NCBI GenBank assembly: GCA_001179505.1
Contig: CDMY01001028.1
Location: forward strand, 158,928 to 222,927
Direction of reading: 5' to 3'
DNA from: Vitrella brassicaformis CCMP3155
Lineage: Eukaryota > Protista > Chromerida
Length of the DNA: 64,000 nucleotides
Part shown: positions 11,603 to 24,514 of the stretch, piece by piece
How the letters are laid out: each line of letters starts with the position of its first letter
Position numbering within the stretch: the stretch's first letter is position 1
Translations under genes and position numbers: made by a program
The notes under the pieces: model-generated
Databases searched by the model: none
Seen by the model: the letters and a program-made list of their open reading frames with translations, nothing else
What the model was told of the DNA's origin: nothing

Positions 11603-13256
11603 ATGTCGTCGCCCCAGAATGAGTTCGAAAGGGTCATGAACGCCCCAGCCGTCAACGGAGGCGATGCTCATCCCGCAGACGCCCTCAAGCGCAGGCGTGA
11701 TGACGACGACAACGTCATCACCCGCTCGAAGAAGGCGGCGCCGTCCCCGCGCAGCCCCGTGCCGTTCATCGACTCGTCCCTGATCCTCGACATGGTGCCG
11801 CAGTCGGAGCGAGATCTGCTACAGCAGTGGGTGACCGAGGCGAGGGCCAAGACGGAGCTGGACCACGAGGGCAACCGGCGCGTGAGCAATCCGTACGAGA
11901 GGCGGCCGCAGGAAGAGCCTCAGGGCGGCGGTGAGAAGGCCAACCGCATGAGGCTCCTGTACAGAGGGACCAGGGACTCGTTCGACTGCCGGCAGTTCCA
12001 TCGCATCTGTGACGGACAGGGACACACACTCACTGTGGCCCTCTCGGACAAGGGGTGAGGCAGGGAGGGAGAGAGGGAGGGACCGACACACTCGCACACG
12101 GATGGACTTTGTGCCTGCATAGCGCATTCGCTATGTCTGTATTTTGTGTTGTGTGTCTATCATGCCATGCAGTCACGTGTTTGGAGGGTACAGCACTCGC
12201 GATTGGAAGAGCACCGGCAAGTTCGAGAACACCCTGCACAGCTGGCTATTCGCCCTCTCCCCCCTCACCCCTCCACACACCGACACACACACATCCCCAC
12301 AACAGCAGCAGCACCAGCACCAGCAGCAGGAGGATGAGGAGGATGAGGACGACACCGACAAAGACAGAGATGGGGATGACGGCGGGCGCAGCAGCTCGGG
12401 CAAAACTGACAAGGACAAGCCCGTCACGTGGGAGCCCGTGCAATGCCGTGTCCTCGCCCTCAACCAGGTAGGGAGGGACACACAGGAGCGAACAGTCAGG
12501 ATGAACCGCTATCGTTGATCCAGCCTGTCTGCTGTCTGTTCTGTTCTGACTGACCATCATCAGTTCACGGGCGTCTGCCACCGACCCGACTCCCTGCCCA
12601 CGTTCGGCAGCGGCCACGACCTCTTCCTGGCCGACAAGGGCGACCTGAGAGACCTCTCATACTGCTCAGTGGGGCACTCATACCGCCTACCCAAAGAACA
12701 ACAGACACGCTCGCCCCACCTCGCCGGTGGGCTCCGGTTCAAGCTGCAAGAGGTGGAGGTCTTTGCGGTGCGGTCGCCGAGCGAGCCGGACTTCCGCCAG
12801 GCCGCCGCCGTGGGCCGGCCGCCCTCTCGCACCAGCCAGCAGATGGTGGGTGGGGGTGGTCGTCCGTCGCCCACCCTCCCCCCCATGCAGTTCCCCGCCC
12901 CTGTCATGCGTGGCCCCGCCACCGGCCCGTCGCCCTTCAGTTCGCTGGGCAACACGCCCCTCAATCTGTCACAGGCGGCCGTCTTGCAGCAGATGAGGCA
13001 GGGCAACCCCCAGCTCATCAGCAGCTTCCTCGCCATGTCCCAGCTGCAGCAACAGGCCGCCCAGCAGCAGCACATGCAGCAGCTGCAGCAGATGCAGGCG
13101 TCCTCCCAGCACCAGCAGCAGCAACAGCAGCAGCCACGGGCGCGGCGGCAGAAGCGTGGGAAGAAGGGTGGCGGCAAGAAACGCAGTCGAGGTGACGACG
13201 ACGAGGGCAGCGATGCGGAGTGGCAGGAGGATGACGAGGACTCGAATAGCGACTGA
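11603..13256 (+). CDS. TLDc domain-containing protein with Q-rich low-complexity C-terminus
   Basis: RLLYRGTRDSFDCRQFHRICDGQGHTLTV, HVFGGYSTRDW, SWLFAL, PTFGSGHDLFL and FKLQEVEVFAV are canonical TLDc motifs; at least 3 exons. Confidence 0.9.
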
Positions 13257-13724
13257 CTGACTAATTAGAGGAAGAAAGGGTAGTTGTAGATGGTTAGGGA
13301 GAGACAGACAGACAGACAGACCTGGTTTGGCATTGCTGCTGGGTGTGGGCGTGTCGCGTGCTCTGTCTCCGTGTCCGCCCGTTGGTGGAACCGCTGGTCC
13401 TTGCATCTGGCCAGCCGTTTTCCCAACGAGACGACACTGAGATGGATGGCCGACATGCGCGATCACAGAACGTGTATACCTATCCATCCGTACACATGGA
13501 CGTGTGAAGCCGAGCCAACGCGCAGCTTGTGGTGCGAGTGTGTTCGTATGTATGGTGATCGGTCAATACGTACACACATTGATTGAGCTTGATTGAGCCA
13601 ATCGGTCGTGGAAGAGACTACCACCATAGATAGCGTCTCATGTCCAATGTCCTCATGTGTATGTAAGTCATCGTCCAGCAGGTCAGCTAACCTTCGGACC
13701 ATCCATCCATCCATCCCCCCCTTC

Positions 13725-14025
13725 NNNNNNNNNNNNNNNNNNNNNNNNNNNNNNNNNNNNNNNNNNNNNNNNNNNNNNNNNNNNNNNNNNNNNNNNNNNN
13801 NNNNNNNNNNNNNNNNNNNNNNNNNNNNNNNNNNNNNNNNNNNNNNNNNNNNNNNNNNNNNNNNNNNNNNNNNNNNNNNNNNNNNNNNNNNNNNNNNNNN
13901 NNNNNNNNNNNNNNNNNNNNNNNNNNNNNNNNNNNNNNNNNNNNNNNNNNNNNNNNNNNNNNNNNNNNNNNNNNNNNNNNNNNNNNNNNNNNNNNNNNNN
14001 NNNNNNNNNNNNNNNNNNNNNNNNC
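13725..14025. other. Assembly gap (301 N)
   Basis: Run of N, with a (CCAT)n/poly-C tract on its left and a C-rich tract on its right. Confidence 1.
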
Positions 14026-14116
14026 CCCCATCCCTCTATTCTACCTCACTCCTCGATATAGCTACACGTGTGTGTCGATGGTCCATCCATCCACCCTTCA
14101 AGTGGACCCATCGTCT

Positions 14117-15615
14117 TCATCGGTCCATCCCGATGGCTTTCTTGACTGCCCTGTCCGCCGCCTCCTTCACACGCCGACCGTCGAACGTGCCGGGGCGGAA
14201 CGGAGTGCTGCTGCCTGTGGGGTGCCGGTGGGCCTTCCTGCCGCCGCCCCTGCTGCTGTGGACGGTGGTAGTCGGTGTCTGCGTGCCGCTGCTGGTGCTA
14301 GTGGCTATGGTCCTCTTGGGGGAGGTGTAGCTGCCCAAAGGGGGGCTGTGGTCTGTGCTGCTGATGGTGTTGGTGTGTCTGGTGGTTGTGGGGCCGAAGA
14401 GCTTGTCAATGGCGCGGGTGCGCAGCTCCTCCTTGCCATGGGCAAACGAACACTGAAGGGGATGCATCCACAGGACACACACGGAGACAGGTTAGAAAGG
14501 AATGTATGTGTCTCTCTCGCCCCCTCCGCGCCCAGGTTCTCACCCTTGCTCCGAATCGACACTCCCCCTCAGCACTCCAGTAGGAGCATAGCTCTGTCTT
14601 GTAGAGCGCACCGTACCTGCACACACACATGTCCGCGTACATCGATCGATTCATCCATCCACGAATGTACTCACATACATGCGATCCTTGCGCTGCATCG
14701 CTCCGTAGACTGCGCGGAGAGAACGCCCCCTGACACACACACACACAATACAGGTGAACGGCAAAGGATGCATTCATTTGGGATTTAGCATCGCGCTGCA
14801 TACCGCCTGTATGTGTATGTGTCCTCGCCGTATGTGTCGATGTAGGTGTCGGGCCGCCTGTGGTGCCGCATGCCGCTGCCGCTGCCGCCACTATGGTGGG
14901 GCGAGGCCCTCACGCGGTTCCGTCGGCGGGGCGAGGCCTTCCGCCGACGCCAACCACCCTCCCTCTCCTCCTCCCCCTCACCAAACGTCCCCTCATTTCT
15001 ATAGCCCCAATCATCATATCCCTCCCCTTGCCCATCATACACACCCACACCCACCCTGCCGTCCCCCTCCCCCTCGCCCCAATCCTCGTTCTCTACCGCC
15101 AGCCCGCCCTCGTCGGTAAGAGGCGAGGCAGACGACTCCTCCGCAGCTGCTGCGGTGGTGATGGCACCCAGCGTGCCGACCTGGTTCTCGCCCATCCACT
15201 TGTGTGCGGGCGACACCGACGCCCCGCTGCCGTATGATGACGAGGTGGGGGAGCCGTCAGAGGTCGACGTGAACGAGAAGGGCGTCGACAGCCCGCTCTT
15301 GCAGGCGGCCGTTGGCAGCCGCTCCAGCCCTTGCCTTGGGCACTTGGGAAGGAGGCTGATGGTGGTTGGGGCGGGTTTGTACGTCAGCGTGGCCGCCAGC
15401 TGCTCGATGCGCCGGCCATCTGCACCGGCACTGCGGGTGGTCAGCTGCGGCATCGTCACGCTGCGATGGCATTTGTCATGGCTGGATGCGGGGTGTTCGC
15501 GAAAGTGCAGAAAGCCGTTCAGGACGGTGAACTGGCCGCTCGGGGAGCCGACGTATGCGTCGAACAGCTCGGAAGTCCGCCGATGGTGGTGGTCCAGGCT
15601 CCGTCCGGCGGCCAT
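14117..15615 (-). CDS. CCCH zinc-finger RNA-binding protein (TIS11/ZFP36-type finger)
   Basis: The spliced finger LYKTELCSYWSAEGECRFGAR|CSFAHGKEELR matches YKTEL-C-x8-C-x5-C-x3-H. Long Ser/Gly-rich first exon from ATG 15615. Confidence 0.85.
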
Positions 15616-16076
15616 CTGGCGACACTACGGGGCGCCCTGCTGGGCAGAGCGAGAGCGAATAAGACCCCCCTAAGGAGCTGAATGCCTTACAACCCGTTCA
15701 CCAAAACCGCCGCGTGGCGCGAACATCTCCATTTGTAAACTCAACGACACACTTTGCGCAAGAACTCGTGCGGGGTTGATGTGTAACGGCGCGCCGGGGG
15801 CCACACACGCGTTGGTCCACGGCACGAACAAACATGAACAGTCGATCGCGATGCCATGATGTTGCGCAAGAACTCGAAGCTGAGTGTCAGGCTGGGAAAC
15901 GCCCCCATCTCCGTCCACCCATGGAACACAAACACACACCCGATGCGACGCAGCAGCCATGTGGTACTGTCTCATCGGTCACATCAGCAGCGCAAAACTA
16001 CACACAACCACCATCTCTCCCTCCCCTCTCCTATACACAGCCAGCCAGCCAGCCATCCATCCACGCCCTAGCGAGG

Positions 16077-18720
16077 CTATGCCGCCTTTCTCTGCCAGCC
16101 GCTGACAGTCTCCCGCACCACGTCAGGGAGCTTCTGTGCCCGCTCGGCCACCTCCCTCATGGCGGCCTGGACGTCGATGGAACTTACCCTCTCCCAAACC
16201 TGGCGCGCCACGCTCTCGGCCTCCTTGGCGATCGGTGTAGCCTTTGCCACGATGTAGTCTTTCGTCTCGGGCAATCTACGCTCACACGCACCGACACACA
16301 CACACACAAACGAGGTGAGATGCGTCAATATTGGCGTCAGATCGGTTCACTCACCCCCTCCAGAAATAAATCACATGCTTCTCCAGCCACTCTCTGCGCG
16401 CAACGGAGGGGTCGTCGGGCAGCGCCTTGACGATGGCGTCTGGGCTGATGCGCATCATGTGCAGAATGCCGCCCTCGGAGCCCATGAGCGTGAGCTGCTC
16501 TGCGATGGCTTTGCGGCGGTAGTGGTACACATACCAGTACACACAGCCCCAACTACACGCGGCTGCTATGGATGGACATACATGGCATACATTACATGCC
16601 ATGGAGAGAGGGGAGGGGCCCCAGAGAGCAGGGCAGACAAGTCAGTCAAGTGAGTGGCTGGGCTGTGTGTTGGTGTGGTGCCTGGCCTGCTGTGTGCAGC
16701 TCAGCTGACCTCCGAGTAGGATGGCGACTTTGGTCCCCGATATCCGGCGCTTTTTCCGATAGTAGGCCGCATGCCTGAGGGACAGACAGGCAGACAGACA
16801 CCACGAGTGCAGTGCCTTGGCTGGGAGCGTCCATGGGTGTGGTTTGAGTGAGCTGTGTCCCACATGACATACCTCTGGAAGTAGCTGTCCCTCAGCGCCC
16901 GGCTGAACTCGTCCTCGGAGCTCAACAGCTCCTACACCGACAGACACGAACATACGGCCGTCGTCTATGTTGGTGCCTGTGTGCCTGTGGGTCATGTAGG
17001 TACCTCTCTTTCGAATGCCGACAAGTTGGTGGGCGCGAAGGGCCCATGAGCCGCCGTAACCTGATGCCCTGAGTGAGTGAGTGATGGATACATACACACA
17101 CACATGTCGATTGCATGGTGCGGTGTTTGGCGTTGCCTTACTTCTCTGCGGGAGGTAGATGGGTTCCTTGTCCACGCTGCAGTGCTCGTGGACGGAACCC
17201 CTGAACCGATACCGAACGTAGATGCACAAATCTACGTCAGACTGCACACAGCCAACACATCCCTCCACACACATGAGGAGATAGATGCCATACAGGGCTG
17301 GGGGTGTGGTGCTCACGAGTGGGCATGGGTTGTAGAATCCATCGATATGCTCCTTGGAACTATTGACGCCCCCTGTCAGGACAGACACACACACAGAGGG
17401 AGGGCACCCCCCCGTGCTGCCAGCCACCATGCACGACATGGACCTCCCTACCTTCAGTGAGTGGGTGCATACCTCCAAGGATGATTTGATCCCGGTGGAC
17501 CATCATTTGAAGCTGGACGGTCACGTCCATCCAGTGGTTCTGCTCCGGCAGCAAGTGCAATGAGGGATCGATCAACTCTGATACAGCACCACCACAAGAC
17601 ATGACATGACCGACAGCCATACCGTCGTCATAGTGCGTGAATGGCTGTCTTCACTCACTGGGCGGTGTGGATCTGTATTCCTCCCTCAGCCGAAGGTCGC
17701 CATATAAAGCACACTCAACCACAAGACCTGCAAACACAGACACAGCCCGACATGGATAAAGGAACGACGGCGTGAACCCGTCCATGCAGTACAGTACCTA
17801 CCGTCCGACTGCACGGCCTGCATCCTCACGGCATCATAGAGCCGCCGCTGACACAACACCACGCACGCCACACATGCGATAGATGCAGATGAGTAGAGTG
17901 CGTCTGTCTATCTGTGCGTGGAGTGACTGACAGACCGACAGACCATGGTGGCGGTGTGACTCTCGGCCTTGGCCTTCTGGTACTCATAGATCTCCGCTAT
18001 GTCCTGATGACAGACAGACAGACAGACAACAAGCAAACACTCCATCAATGTGGGGCAGACACACGGACCGGCCAGCAACGGACACCGAGATTCTGTGCTC
18101 ACCTTGTTGGTTGGCTTTTCGTCGCTGAAGCCATTCTTTATGTCATACATACGCCTGACAGATACAGCGACATACACACAGCAGTAACAAGTGGGCGATA
18201 TCCTTCCGCAGATAAAGATGCACGCGGCCTTCCCTGTTGTTGACCCATCCGCTAGATACCTATTGTTTGAGTCACTGAGGCAGTTCCAGGCCATCTGGAT
18301 CTGGTTCCACCGCCGCATCGCGTCCTGCCATGACGCCCTGGTACACACACACAACACACAACCCAGGCAATCATCCATTCATTCGTCCATCCATCGCCTG
18401 CCTCAGTGGATACATTCACTCACTCACTCGTCAGTGGTCTGCCTCTGCAGCAGCTTATCGGGGTGATACTGCCGACTGAGATTCATCCACGACCGGCGAA
18501 TCTCATCCTGCGATGCATCCAAAGGCACCTCAAGCATGTCCTGCACCCAGCCAGCCAGGAAGCATCACACAGAGATAGAGAAGAAATGAAGAATGGAGCA
18601 GTGTAACAGGCAGGCAAGCTCCAGGTGCCCCTGTGCGATGCTCACATAGTATGTGGGCCCGATGTTGGACGGCGAGAGGGCCGGCGACGTCTCCGGCTCA
18701 CTCTTGCGCGCGGCAGCCAT
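16077..18720 (-). CDS. DNAJC11: DNAJC11-like J-domain protein (J domain + DUF3395-like domain + C-terminal TM extension)
   Basis: TYY|DMLEVPLDASQDEIRRSWMNLSRQYHPDK (J domain with HPD), then DGLVVECALYG, WMDVTVQLQMMV, SKEHIDGFYNPCP and VRYRFRGSVHE...PIYLPQRS, which match the DNAJC11 C-terminal domain as I recall it. Hydrophobic segment VAILLG...WGCVYWYVY near the C-terminus. Confidence 0.8.
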
Positions 18721-18925
18721 CTCTTTCCAACTGAACACCTGCCGCAAACAGGACTGCTCTGTCCCCTATCTGCACGGACGCAACAGTCTTCTTTGATCGT
18801 TTCCTTCAGCAACCTCAAGCTCGCAACTTTTGGAACACCGCTGCTGCGTTGGAACTGAGTGGAAGGGCAAGTGATCAGTCTTTCGGACTCGTTTGGTCAT
18901 GCACGTCGACGTATGTCCTGTGACG

Positions 18926-21900
18926 ATGATTGCATTCATCGCCTTCGACTTGCTGCTTCTTGCCAGCCACATCTTGCTGCCCGCTGACGGCAGTGAGATT
19001 AAATGGACCGAATACGAGGAGCTCAACAGCTGGTACGGGTAATCACAGCCCGACGAATGCACACTGACATGACGCGGATGGATGGATTGATGATCTGTGC
19101 TTTTCTTTCAGTTCGGTACGGTACTTCCAGCTGCAGCTGCACGGCGGATACGCTGTGAATGAGGTGATATTGGAGATTTCCGACAGCACACTGGATGAGG
19201 GCAACACGCCGCTCTTCGTGCTGAGGAAGAATGCGCTGGGTGAGCGGCAGCCCACGCTCCCTCACGGCATGCACTCATGAGTGTGAGTCCATCCATGCTT
19301 CTGTCTGTGTGCTCTTAACGCATAGCGACGAGAAGCATTAACGATCTGTCCTTCCCCCTCTTGCTGACCGCACACACGGACCCCTTCCGCCTCACCGTGC
19401 CCTTCAATTACTCATCCGCTGTCTGGTACGCGACCCTCTATGCCACGCCCCTCGCCGGAAGCGGCAGGCCGATCTTCTTCTGCGATGGCGCGGCACTCAC
19501 AGTCCGCCTCGGCCAACGCGTCAGCTCGCCCCGCATCTATGTGTCGCCCCTCTTTCACGCCGTCCAGATGAGGCTCTACAGTAACGGGCTGTCACCACTG
19601 GTGTCCTTCCCCCTTCCCGAGAGCCTGTGGATGCCTCTGGATGATGACAGTGAGGACGACAGCAGCACGGCTGTGACTCGCTTCGTCACGGAGGCCAAGT
19701 TGGAGGTGGCGTGGCTGAGTCTGCCAGATGTCGCCAAGGACGTGTGTGTGCGGCTGGCGTATGAGGATCAGGGCTTCGTCAATGAGACGGACAGCAGCGG
19801 GGTGTTCGACTCGTGCGAAGCTGGGCACTGTCGGGGAGCGAGGGGGTGCCTGCCGGCGCCAGTGCGGAACGCCACCGAGGACATCCGCATCGAACGCAGG
19901 CTGATTCGGCTCAAACGCCCGGTGCCCATTTGGGAGAATGTGACTGTGCTGGCCGAATCGACAGCGGTGCTCAGCTATCCCAGGGCTGGCTACTGGAGTG
20001 TCCGCTTCGCCCGCAGGGGGCCCTCTGTGTCGACCAACACGAGTGACCTCCTGTTGGTGATGGCTGGCGCTTCCGTGTGTCCCAACGCCACACAGCCCCC
20101 GGGTCCTTCCCCCATTCCCATGCCAGCCAGAAGGCAGCTCAGCCCCTCACAATCCCTATTGCTTGGAGAGCGCCAGCTGTTGCCTCATGTGGACGAAAAT
20201 GACGATGATGGTGATGCGGCGGCTCCTGAGTGTGCTGCCAACGTGTCGCTGTTCCACTCCCATTATTGGTATGGATTCCCTGACCCGATGGCGATCGACA
20301 TACCCCTCAACGGCACAACTGTCTATGCTGTGCTGCCGGTGCGGCCTCACGAGACCATGGTGGAGGCCCTCATGACACTCAATGTCAGTGTGAGGACCAC
20401 CAACACGACCTCGCTGCCAGCCGCAGCTGCTGCTGAGGTACTCATTGCCATGCGACGTGATGGCGTCCCACCGATGTCTAACGTGACGCACTGTGCGGAC
20501 TTTGTGAGGCGGATACCTCTAGCTGTAGATAAGCATGACGGCAGCGGGGGCAAGGGCGAGTGGCAGGCGGCGGGTGGGGCGGCTGTGGGGCCGACGAGGG
20601 ACATGCGGCCCGGTGTCATGGTCATGGCCATGCAGCTGGTGTCAGCTGGAGAGGGGCGGCTGCTTCATGACTTGGGGGCTGTTGCTGCCATACGGGTGAG
20701 TGACTGACTGAGAACACAAACAGAACGGATCGACGCGCACACGCTGGATGCAAGTTCCCTTTTCTCTATATTTTGTGCGCGCAGGTAGAGGCGTCGATGG
20801 AAGTTGTTCGCGAGTGTCCCGATGACTGCAGCCATCACGGCTCCTGCGACAACACAGTCGTGTTCGATTTCCCCCTCTACTCGTGCTCTTGCCAGTACGG
20901 CTATCACGGCGAGGCGTGCGAGTTGCAGTACCTCTCCCAACCCTTCTCGGCGCTGGGCGTCGTCTGTCTCGTGGGCTCCAATATCGCTGTGGTGCCTGTG
21001 GTAATGCTGACGTGGAGGAAGGGGTGGTTCTTCAAGTGTTTATTGTTCGCCAATGTGGGGATCTGGAGCGCCGTCTATCACGCGTGCGACGTGGAGTGGC
21101 TCTGCCTCTTCAACTACCCACAGCTGCAGAGCCTTGACTTCACCTGCGCCTTTTTGTCATTCGTGGTGGTCATCCTGGAGTTCTGCCACTTCTCGCACCC
21201 CATCCAGCGGTCCTTCCTGATGTCCCTCTTCGCCCTCACCGTCACTCTCACCTCCAAGTCGGCAACAGCGTCGGCCAACATCCTGGTGGTCTTTTCGCTG
21301 CTTATCCTCGTCTACCTGTCGAGATGGCTCTTTTGGCTGGCAAAGGGTCGATTCATGCCACGCCTCCTCCCCGCCCCCATGGATGAGCGAGGGATTGCGG
21401 CTGCGGCAGAGAGCGGCCGGCCACTGATGGACTCGCCCGCGCCGTCCAATTGGCTAATACTCCGGCAGACAGTGATCGACAAGATCGGCTGGAGCAAGAA
21501 CGTGGGCCTGGGGCTGCTGTCGGCTGGCTTTGGCATCGTGTGCTTCTTCTGTGAGACATCGGCCAACTACTGGCTGCTGCACTCGCTGTGGCACGTGTTT
21601 ATCCAGCTGTCGCCCTACATGCTGCTAAAAGCTGCCGCCAGGGCTCGCAAGACGATGCTGCGAAGACGGAGGCACACAGATGCCAGGCGGACACGCACCA
21701 CCACAGACGAGGAGGACTCAGAAGAAGCAGAAGATGACGATGACGAGCCGGCACGTGACAGCGACGACGATATGACGCCATCAATGGTCGCTCTAGGGCC
21801 GGCCACCGGGGGCCGTCGACAGCCAAAAGACGACAAGACCACCCACGGCCAGCAGCTGCCCCCCCTCTCTCAGCCCGCCACCATTGTCACGGACATCACC

Positions 21901-22143
21901 AACGTCGCCCGGCAGGTCAGCACACGTCTCATGGGTGGGGTCAACGGGCATAGGAGGGAGAGAGAGGCGACGAGCAGCACAGAGCTGACCCCCACCAACA
22001 GCGGCAGGGCGGAGGGCTCTTCGGTCAGTGCCACCGGCTTTGACAGCCACGTCAGCGCGCCGAGGATGGCCGAGAGTGAGAGGGAACAGGACAGAGAAAT
22101 GGCGGATGGTGCTCAGAGACAGCAGGGCGATCGGGTGTGTTGA
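18926..22143 (+). CDS. PGAP6/TMEM8/myomaker-family (CREST superfamily) membrane protein with EGF-like domain
   Basis: Signal peptide MIAFIAFDLLLLASHILLPADG, long ectodomain, EGF-like CPDDCSHHGSC...CSCQYGYHGEAC, then a multi-TM region with GSN, SAVYHACD, LQSLDF and HSLWH motifs. Confidence 0.9.
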
Positions 22144-23133
22144 TGCGTCTGTGTATAGGCTGGCTGCTGCGGGCATCTGTGGATGAGATGATGGCAGTCG
22201 TTTTTCGGAAGAGGCAGTGGCGCCTCCCATTTGTCTTGCTTCTGTGTCTTCATCTTTCATCTGTCTGTCGTGCTTACTTGCTTCCTTGCTTGTGGACATC
22301 GTGCACCCGATGGACCCCTCTACGCTTCTTGACTGATGCATGATATCACATCTTGTTGTTCGTCATCCATATGCGGCGTGGCGTTCTGACCTGCTCAGCA
22401 TCGCGGCAGCGAAGGGCCGGTGAGCTTCTCGTCTGAGAGAGGCTCACCACTCCAACGCCGTCGACGGTGCAGGCACATCAGAACACTACAACTTCCACAC
22501 CACAGCAGCCCGTGACGCACATCCGCGGGCGTAGGTACTAGACGACAGCCATTCCACGACTCGACTCGCACAGGGTCGAGCAGTGAGCAAGCTACCAGTG
22601 GTCGACAACCATCTGCGCGTTTCTGATCGACGACTCGCTACTGCCTATCATTGACACCCCCTCACTGTCGGTCATTGCCACATACACCCCACCCACCCAC
22701 CATCCATTCATCCATCCATCCAGGCCAGTGGAAAACTGACGGCACGCTCATCGACACGACACGAGTAGACCATCAGGCAGGCTACGGAAAGGGCGGCTGC
22801 TGTCTCGGCTGCCAGCGAGCCGACCGCACACGCGGGAAGGAAGTGTGTGACGCTGGAAGGAAAACGTGGAACACGACAGACAGAAAGACGTCGGCCAGCA
22901 GGTTGTGCAGGAAAGAGAGCGACGAGAGTAATTGGTTGGGGAGAGAGACGGGGAAGAGAAAAGACATACATCGACAGTCGATGGGTCGGTCGATGCGAGA
23001 ACAAAGCGGCATGGACGAGGGAGGGAGGCAGGCAGACAGCGGCAGAAATGGATGGATGCCAGTGTTAAAACTGTCCCCCCCTCCCCCTCTCGTATGCATG
23101 CACGCCACATGAGTGAAAAATGTCCCTCTTCAG

Positions 23134-23519
23134 TCTGTCGCTCTCTGTTGAAAAATCCTGCACCAGCCAAGGCCAGGAAAGGCATTCATTCACGGGACTC
23201 ACGGCATTCACGGTGAGCATGACGACCGATGGATGGATGTGTGGATGGAAAATCGACACCCGCTCGCCACGCGCTTTGGGGGTGGTGGTGGTTGATGGTG
23301 GGAGAAATGGATGGATGGATGGAGTCAACAATTTCCTGCCCGTCGACCAGCGACTTGATGTAGTTCTCCATGTGCAGCTTGATTGGTGGGGCGGGTGGCG
23401 ATGACCACCCATCAACCAAGCCGCACAAGAAGAGAAACATCAAGTCGCTGGACCTGGCTGACGATGGAACGGACATGAAGTGGATGGAATGGCACGAATG
23501 CTCGTCGACAAAAGAATAA
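23134..23519 (+). CDS. Possible last two exons of a small hypothetical gene
   Basis: Acceptor ttcag at 23133, donor gtgagc near 23214, acceptor gtgcag near 23378. The joined frame reads ...RHSRLIGGAGGDDHPSTKPHKKRNIKSLDLADDG...KE* (TAA). No homology recognised. Confidence 0.2.
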
Positions 23520-23911
23520 GTACGCAACACACACGACACGCACACAAGCAATACGTAGACACGGCACGGCGCTACCTACGGGCTCTCCCTCCTCTCCCCG
23601 GCGTGTGTACCGCACAATGCGATACTCATAAAGACGAAGTAAGCATGACACTTTAAGCCACCTTGTTTGTGTACGAGCATCCACAAGCGCTAGATCCCCC
23701 CTCCCCTCTCCTTCTGGCAAAATGGGCGTCCGTCGTCTGCCCGGTCCCTCCCTCTCGACACTCGACACCCATCAATCCATCTCTCTCTCTCTCTCTCTCC
23801 CCGCATGCATGGTGTGTATGAAAATCCATCCCGATCGACAGACAGAGAGAGAGTAGAGTCGAGTCGACAAGCGCACGGCACGGCAAAAAGGAAGACAACA
23901 CGACAGACACC

Positions 23912-23950
23912 ATACGATACGATATGAAATGATACGATACGATACGATAT
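23912..23950. repeat. (GATAC)n pentanucleotide microsatellite
   Basis: atacgatacgatatgaaatgatacgatacgatacgatat. Confidence 0.8.
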
Positions 23951-24514
23951 GAGAGGCAACGCATTCAGGCCCATGCGATGCCGCATGCCACAAATGGAAA
24001 AGTCATTGGGCTTGGCTTGCAGGCACGGCACCATCTTTCATGTGTGACGGTCACGGCATCATGTGACGCTGGTACGTATGTCCATCAAAATGTCCAGAAC
24101 TCGGCTGCCATCATGGTCACGAGCGCATCACATCATACACACGCACACACGCATACACATCCACAACCACATTCGTGAACAGACGGATGAGCGGAGAGGG
24201 CTGTATTGTTAGCGGCCAGCTCCCCTTTCCACCCACCCACCTATACAGCCAGCCATGCCATGCCACACACACCACACCACCCACATGGAGGCAGGCACAG
24301 GCAAGACACCAAGAGATACACACGCATATGCTATGCGGGCCATCCATCCATCCATCCATCGTCAGCAGCCAGCCGCACTTGAAAAGGCCCCAACGGCCAA
24401 CAACCGATGAATTGAACCATCCATCGTCACCACACCACGCACGACATCCACGCACATGCACACATGCATCCCGCCAGTCAAGTGCAAAACCCGCCTCCCT
24501 CCCCTCTGGCTCGC

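Noticed and set aside
13593-14330. ORFs spanning the N run
   Set aside because: They are artefacts of translating through the assembly gap.
18720-19062. DNAJC11-like gene starting at upstream ATGs (18900 or 18972), overlapping the PGAP6-like start
   Set aside because: This would overlap or abut the signal-peptide exon on the opposite strand. ATG 18720 places the J domain near the N-terminus as usual, so I did not call an overlap.
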